Notes under the pieces: generated by a model
Told to the model about the DNA's origin: nothing
The model's input: only the letters and a program-made list of their open reading frames with translations
Database searches by the model: none
Assembly (NCBI GenBank): GCA_021733835.1
Contig: JAIPKD010000005.1
Location: forward strand, 5,192 to 69,191
Direction of reading: 5' to 3'
DNA: 64,000 nt
Origin: Verrucomicrobiota bacterium
GTDB taxonomy: Bacteria; Verrucomicrobiota; Verrucomicrobiia; Limisphaerales; JAIPKD01
Position numbers and translations under genes: made by a program
Shown here: positions 60,832-64,000 of the stretch, piece after piece
Position numbering within the stretch: the stretch's first letter is position 1
How the letters are laid out: each line of letters opens with the position of its first letter

Positions 60832-62184
60832 TTAATCCCTGCCGGATTTCACATTAAGCTCACACGCATACTGCGCCTTAACCCATTCAACCGCCGCCTC
60901 CGACGTCGTCAGCTCTCCTTCAAGCTGCTTGTCGCGTATACGACGTAATATCTCGCCGATCAACGGCCCCGGACGAAATCCCATCTCCAACAGGTTCACG
61001 CCACTGATCAATGGCGGCCCTAATTCAGGCGTTTTCTCGAGCCTCATTTTTTCTTCAACCAAGAATTCATAAACATCGAGCCCCCTGTGAGACGCTAGAC
61101 AGTCCAGTCGATGCAGCTCCAGCTCCAAGTCAATCGTAGGACGCAGCAAAATACGGCGCAAGGTGGACTTGCGCATCTTCTTCACGTCCTTCAACTGCAT
61201 ATGATACCGGATACTAGTCGTTATAGTCTCTGCCTGCTTCGAGGAAAACCGCAATCGCCTCAAAATATCTTCAGATATCTCAGCCCCTTTCTTGTCATGA
61301 CCGGGAAACCTGAAAATCCCTTTTTCATCCAATCCCGCCACCGCCGGCTTCGCCACATCATGAAGTAATACTATCCAAGGCAAAAGCGGATGCGTATCCA
61401 GCCCCGACGTCTCTTGCAGTAATTCCAACATGATCTTCGTGTGCGTGTATACATCCCCCTCCGGATGGAACTCCGGCGACTGCTCACACCCTTCCATCGC
61501 CGCTACCTCGGGCATTATTAATTCCAATAACCCGCTCTCGCGTAAGATCTCCAGCCCACGCGCGGCATGCTTCACCCCAAATGTTTTACAAATTTCATCA
61601 TGCACACGTTCGGCACTCACGCCGCAAATCAATCGCGCATTCCTACGTACCGATCCAAAAGTCTCACTTTCAATCTCAAATCCCAACTCCGCCGCAAATC
61701 TAACGGCACGGAGCATCCGCAAATAATCTTCGGTAAACCGCTCATCCGGATTACCAATAGCGCGTATCACTCGCGCCTCTAAATCATGCCTTCCCCCAGT
61801 AGAATCATATACCTTTTCCAAAACCGGATCATAGAACATCCCGTTTATCGTGAAATCACGACGCATAGCGTCGGCCTTCGCATCCGTAAACGCTACAGCC
61901 GTCGGACGCCGACCATCACGATACCCCGCCTCAGACCGAAATGTAACAACTTCAACCTGACAACCTCCTTCGATTACCATTACCACACCGAACTTACGGC
62001 CTATCGGTACGGTCTTTGAAAAAATTCGCTCGACCTCGTCCGGCTGCGCCGACGTAGCTACGTCATAGTCCCTCGGTGCCCTCCTTAGAAGTAAATCACG
62101 CACACACCCACCAGCCCAAAAGGCGGTATAACCGGCCGATTGCAGTCGTCTTACTATTATTAATGAAACATTCTTTTTAAACAT
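60832..62184 (-). CDS. cca: CCA tRNA nucleotidyltransferase / poly(A) polymerase family with HD domain
   Basis: AGGCVRDLLL, DYDVAT, RRDFTING, EDYLRMLRAVRF, HPEGDVYTHT, LLHDVAKP. Confidence 0.88.
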   Translation of the reverse strand: MFKKNVSLIIVRRLQSAGYTAFWAGGCVRDLLLRRAPRDYDVATSAQPDEVERIFSKTVPIGRKFGVVMVIEGGCQVEVVTFRSEAGYRDGRRPTAVAFTDAKADAMRRDFTINGMFYDPVLEKVYDSTGGRHDLEARVIRAIGNPDERFTEDYLRMLRAVRFAAELGFEIESETFGSVRRNARLICGVSAERVHDEICKTFGVKHAARGLEILRESGLLELIMPEVAAMEGCEQSPEFHPEGDVYTHTKIMLELLQETSGLDTHPLLPWIVLLHDVAKPAVAGLDEKGIFRFPGHDKKGAEISEDILRRLRFSSKQAETITTSIRYHMQLKDVKKMRKSTLRRILLRPTIDLELELHRLDCLASHRGLDVYEFLVEEKMRLEKTPELGPPLISGVNLLEMGFRPGPLIGEILRRIRDKQLEGELTTSEAAVEWVKAQYACELNVKSGRD

Positions 62185-62291
62185 TCACTCAATTACGTAG
62201 ATGAGTCTCCCGCCGAACACAATCTTCATACACGCATAACAAACATAAGACTCCGCAAAACCATCAGACGCTTCTATTGCTCACCCACATT

Positions 62292-63389
62292 TTATTGAGA
62301 TGCAACTTCATCCTCCGCCGTTATCTCATCCAAACGCTGCGTATCTTTCAATCGTACATACACAACACCACCGATGACGCTCCAGAAAAGACTCCCGGAA
62401 AATGCCAATAGCGACAACGCCAACGCGTGGGTGGATTGCACCCCGATCACCCCCACACCCAACATTATCACATATAAATTCTCACGCACTCCCAAACCAC
62501 TCGGAGTAATCGGAATCGCGGATATACAGATAATAATAGGAACAATCGCCATCAAAACCATAAACGGAATTTCCAATCCCATCCCCATGGCAAGCACCCA
62601 TACCTGTAAAACGCAGGCCGTGTTCAGTACAGCGGAAATTAACATCGTCTTAACCAACAACGACGGCGTCCGCCCAAAACACCGGCATGCGTCGATGCAC
62701 CTCTCCAATAAATCACCCTTAGGTAACTTCCGAATCCAACTCCGGGCCCTCGGTAACCAGGCCGAAATCCCACCCCAGAACGATAGAAAAGCCACAACTG
62801 TCAATCCGAGCAACATCAACAACACCATCACTCCGACCGTCGCCATAGCTGGATGCTTCCTGATTAACCCCCAATTGAACATCGACATCATACACGCAAA
62901 AGCCAGCATTGAAAACAATCCGATTAGCCGATCCACAAAAACCGTAATCACCGCCTCCGCCTTCTTGTGATGCGTCTCCCGTGCCGCATAATACGCCTTG
63001 AGCAAATCCCCGCCCGTTGCGCCCAAAAGGAAGGAATTAAAGAAATGCGCAATAATCGATATCTCCATCGCCCGCCACCACGGTAACATCAATCCCTGAA
63101 CCCCGAGAATCATACGCCAACGAATTACCCCCAACACCAACGTGGACGCCATGAACAATAGCGATACTACATACGCCAACGGCTTCACCAAATTCAGTGT
63201 CCTCCAAAGCCCAGCCGGACCCAATACCCATGCCTGCTTCATCCGGCCTACAAAATCGAGCAAAGACCAATCCCATCCATTATTCCGCCAAACAGCCTGC
63301 GCCTCGTTCATGAATATTACATTGAAAATCCAGAACAGAAGCACAACACATACAAGTATACGCCACGCGAATTTCCATGTCTTCCGCAT
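62292..63389 (-). CDS. Lysylphosphatidylglycerol-synthase-like / flippase-like (UPF0104) membrane protein
   Basis: RWRMIL, FFNSFLLGATGGDLLKAYY, VFVDRLIGL, IPITPSGLGVRE. Confidence 0.85.
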   Translation of the reverse strand: MRKTWKFAWRILVCVVLLFWIFNVIFMNEAQAVWRNNGWDWSLLDFVGRMKQAWVLGPAGLWRTLNLVKPLAYVVSLLFMASTLVLGVIRWRMILGVQGLMLPWWRAMEISIIAHFFNSFLLGATGGDLLKAYYAARETHHKKAEAVITVFVDRLIGLFSMLAFACMMSMFNWGLIRKHPAMATVGVMVLLMLLGLTVVAFLSFWGGISAWLPRARSWIRKLPKGDLLERCIDACRCFGRTPSLLVKTMLISAVLNTACVLQVWVLAMGMGLEIPFMVLMAIVPIIICISAIPITPSGLGVRENLYVIMLGVGVIGVQSTHALALSLLAFSGSLFWSVIGGVVYVRLKDTQRLDEITAEDEVASQ

Positions 63390-63394
63390 AGCTG

Positions 63395-64000
63395 TTACCC
63401 CTCGCCCCAAACGGACTTTATATAATTAACTCCCTCCATCACCTCCGCATTATTCAGCCTCGGACTCAACTCGAATACCTTCAAATGATCGGGCTTGATA
63501 AACCCCTTTAATGCGTCAAAATCTATGTCACCAGTGCCGGGCGGACAATGATCCCGATCCGGAAATTGAACGTCGTGGATATGAACCCCTAACAAACGAT
63601 CGGCAAGTGATTCCAAATGCATCTTATGCTCTATAAATCCCATATTCTCCTTTATCTGCGCATGCCCCATATCATGCCAATACCCTATCGGCCCATCGGG
63701 AAAATCATTTAGCAATAACATGAAATCCGTTTCGAAAGGTATTTCCTCCAGCGTTTCGCGATTCTCTATACCAAGCTTCACACCCCGCTTCTCCGCTTCC
63801 ACCTCCAAATCCCTGAGAATCTCCTTCATCAATTCAAAATGCTTTTCCTTCTTCTTTTCCCGCTTCTCGATCGCCTTAAGACAAATCCTCTCGTATTTTG
63901 CTCCACCTTTCTTTCCGTGCTCTACTAATCTTAATAGTTTTTTGGTGTACGGCCGCATATCCACCGAACCAAGATGCAACACGACAACCTCAGCCCCTAA
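63395..64000 (-). CDS. Sugar phosphate isomerase/epimerase (xylose-isomerase-like TIM barrel), 5'-partial
   Basis: Frame is open to the window end; VVLHLG, LGIENRE, YWHDMGHA, GVHIHD, H.PPGTG.IDF, VFELSP. Confidence 0.82.
   Translation of the reverse strand, partial: LGAEVVVLHLGSVDMRPYTKKLLRLVEHGKKGGAKYERICLKAIEKREKKKEKHFELMKEILRDLEVEAEKRGVKLGIENRETLEEIPFETDFMLLLNDFPDGPIGYWHDMGHAQIKENMGFIEHKMHLESLADRLLGVHIHDVQFPDRDHCPPGTGDIDFDALKGFIKPDHLKVFELSPRLNNAEVMEGVNYIKSVWGEG

Overview
A 64 kb bacterial chromosomal window of about 55 genes, mostly housekeeping and carbohydrate-related, with no integrase, transposase, CRISPR array or rRNA that I can recognise. The gene content (H-X9-DG prepilin-like protein, DUF1080-like and PmoA/DUF6807-family proteins, Tat-exported Gfo/Idh/MocA, TPR/PD40 protein) suggests a PVC-superphylum organism, probably Verrucomicrobiota; this is inference. 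Recognisable genes: tRNA-Val(GAC), leuB, hslR, infA, gltA, an MlaE/F/D-like operon, copA, a SWIM-SNF2 helicase, comB, xseA, ymdB, fmt, addA, a uvrA variant, msrBA, catalase, larB, larC, glnB, trpG/pabA and cca. The least explained signals are non-coding. (1) Two perfect TTGAT-N4-ATCAA (FNR-type) boxes, 15.8 kb apart, have identical geometry to a -10 hexamer and an apparently leaderless ATG, upstream of a cupin gene and a hemerythrin gene. (2) A family of dispersed intergenic 6-mer and 8-mer periodic arrays occurs at several sites, one exactly at the truncation point of a decayed DUF2513-like gene. (3) A 43-bp element is repeated 30.8 kb apart, and one copy precedes a highly structured ~190-nt RNA-like segment. 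There are also several apparent pseudo-enzymes (MlaF-like ATPase, M48-like protein, GmhB-like HAD), a tandem pair of paralogous bitopic coiled-coil proteins, and a lectin-like/PDC-sensor fusion. All family assignments come from motif recognition by eye; no database searches were run.
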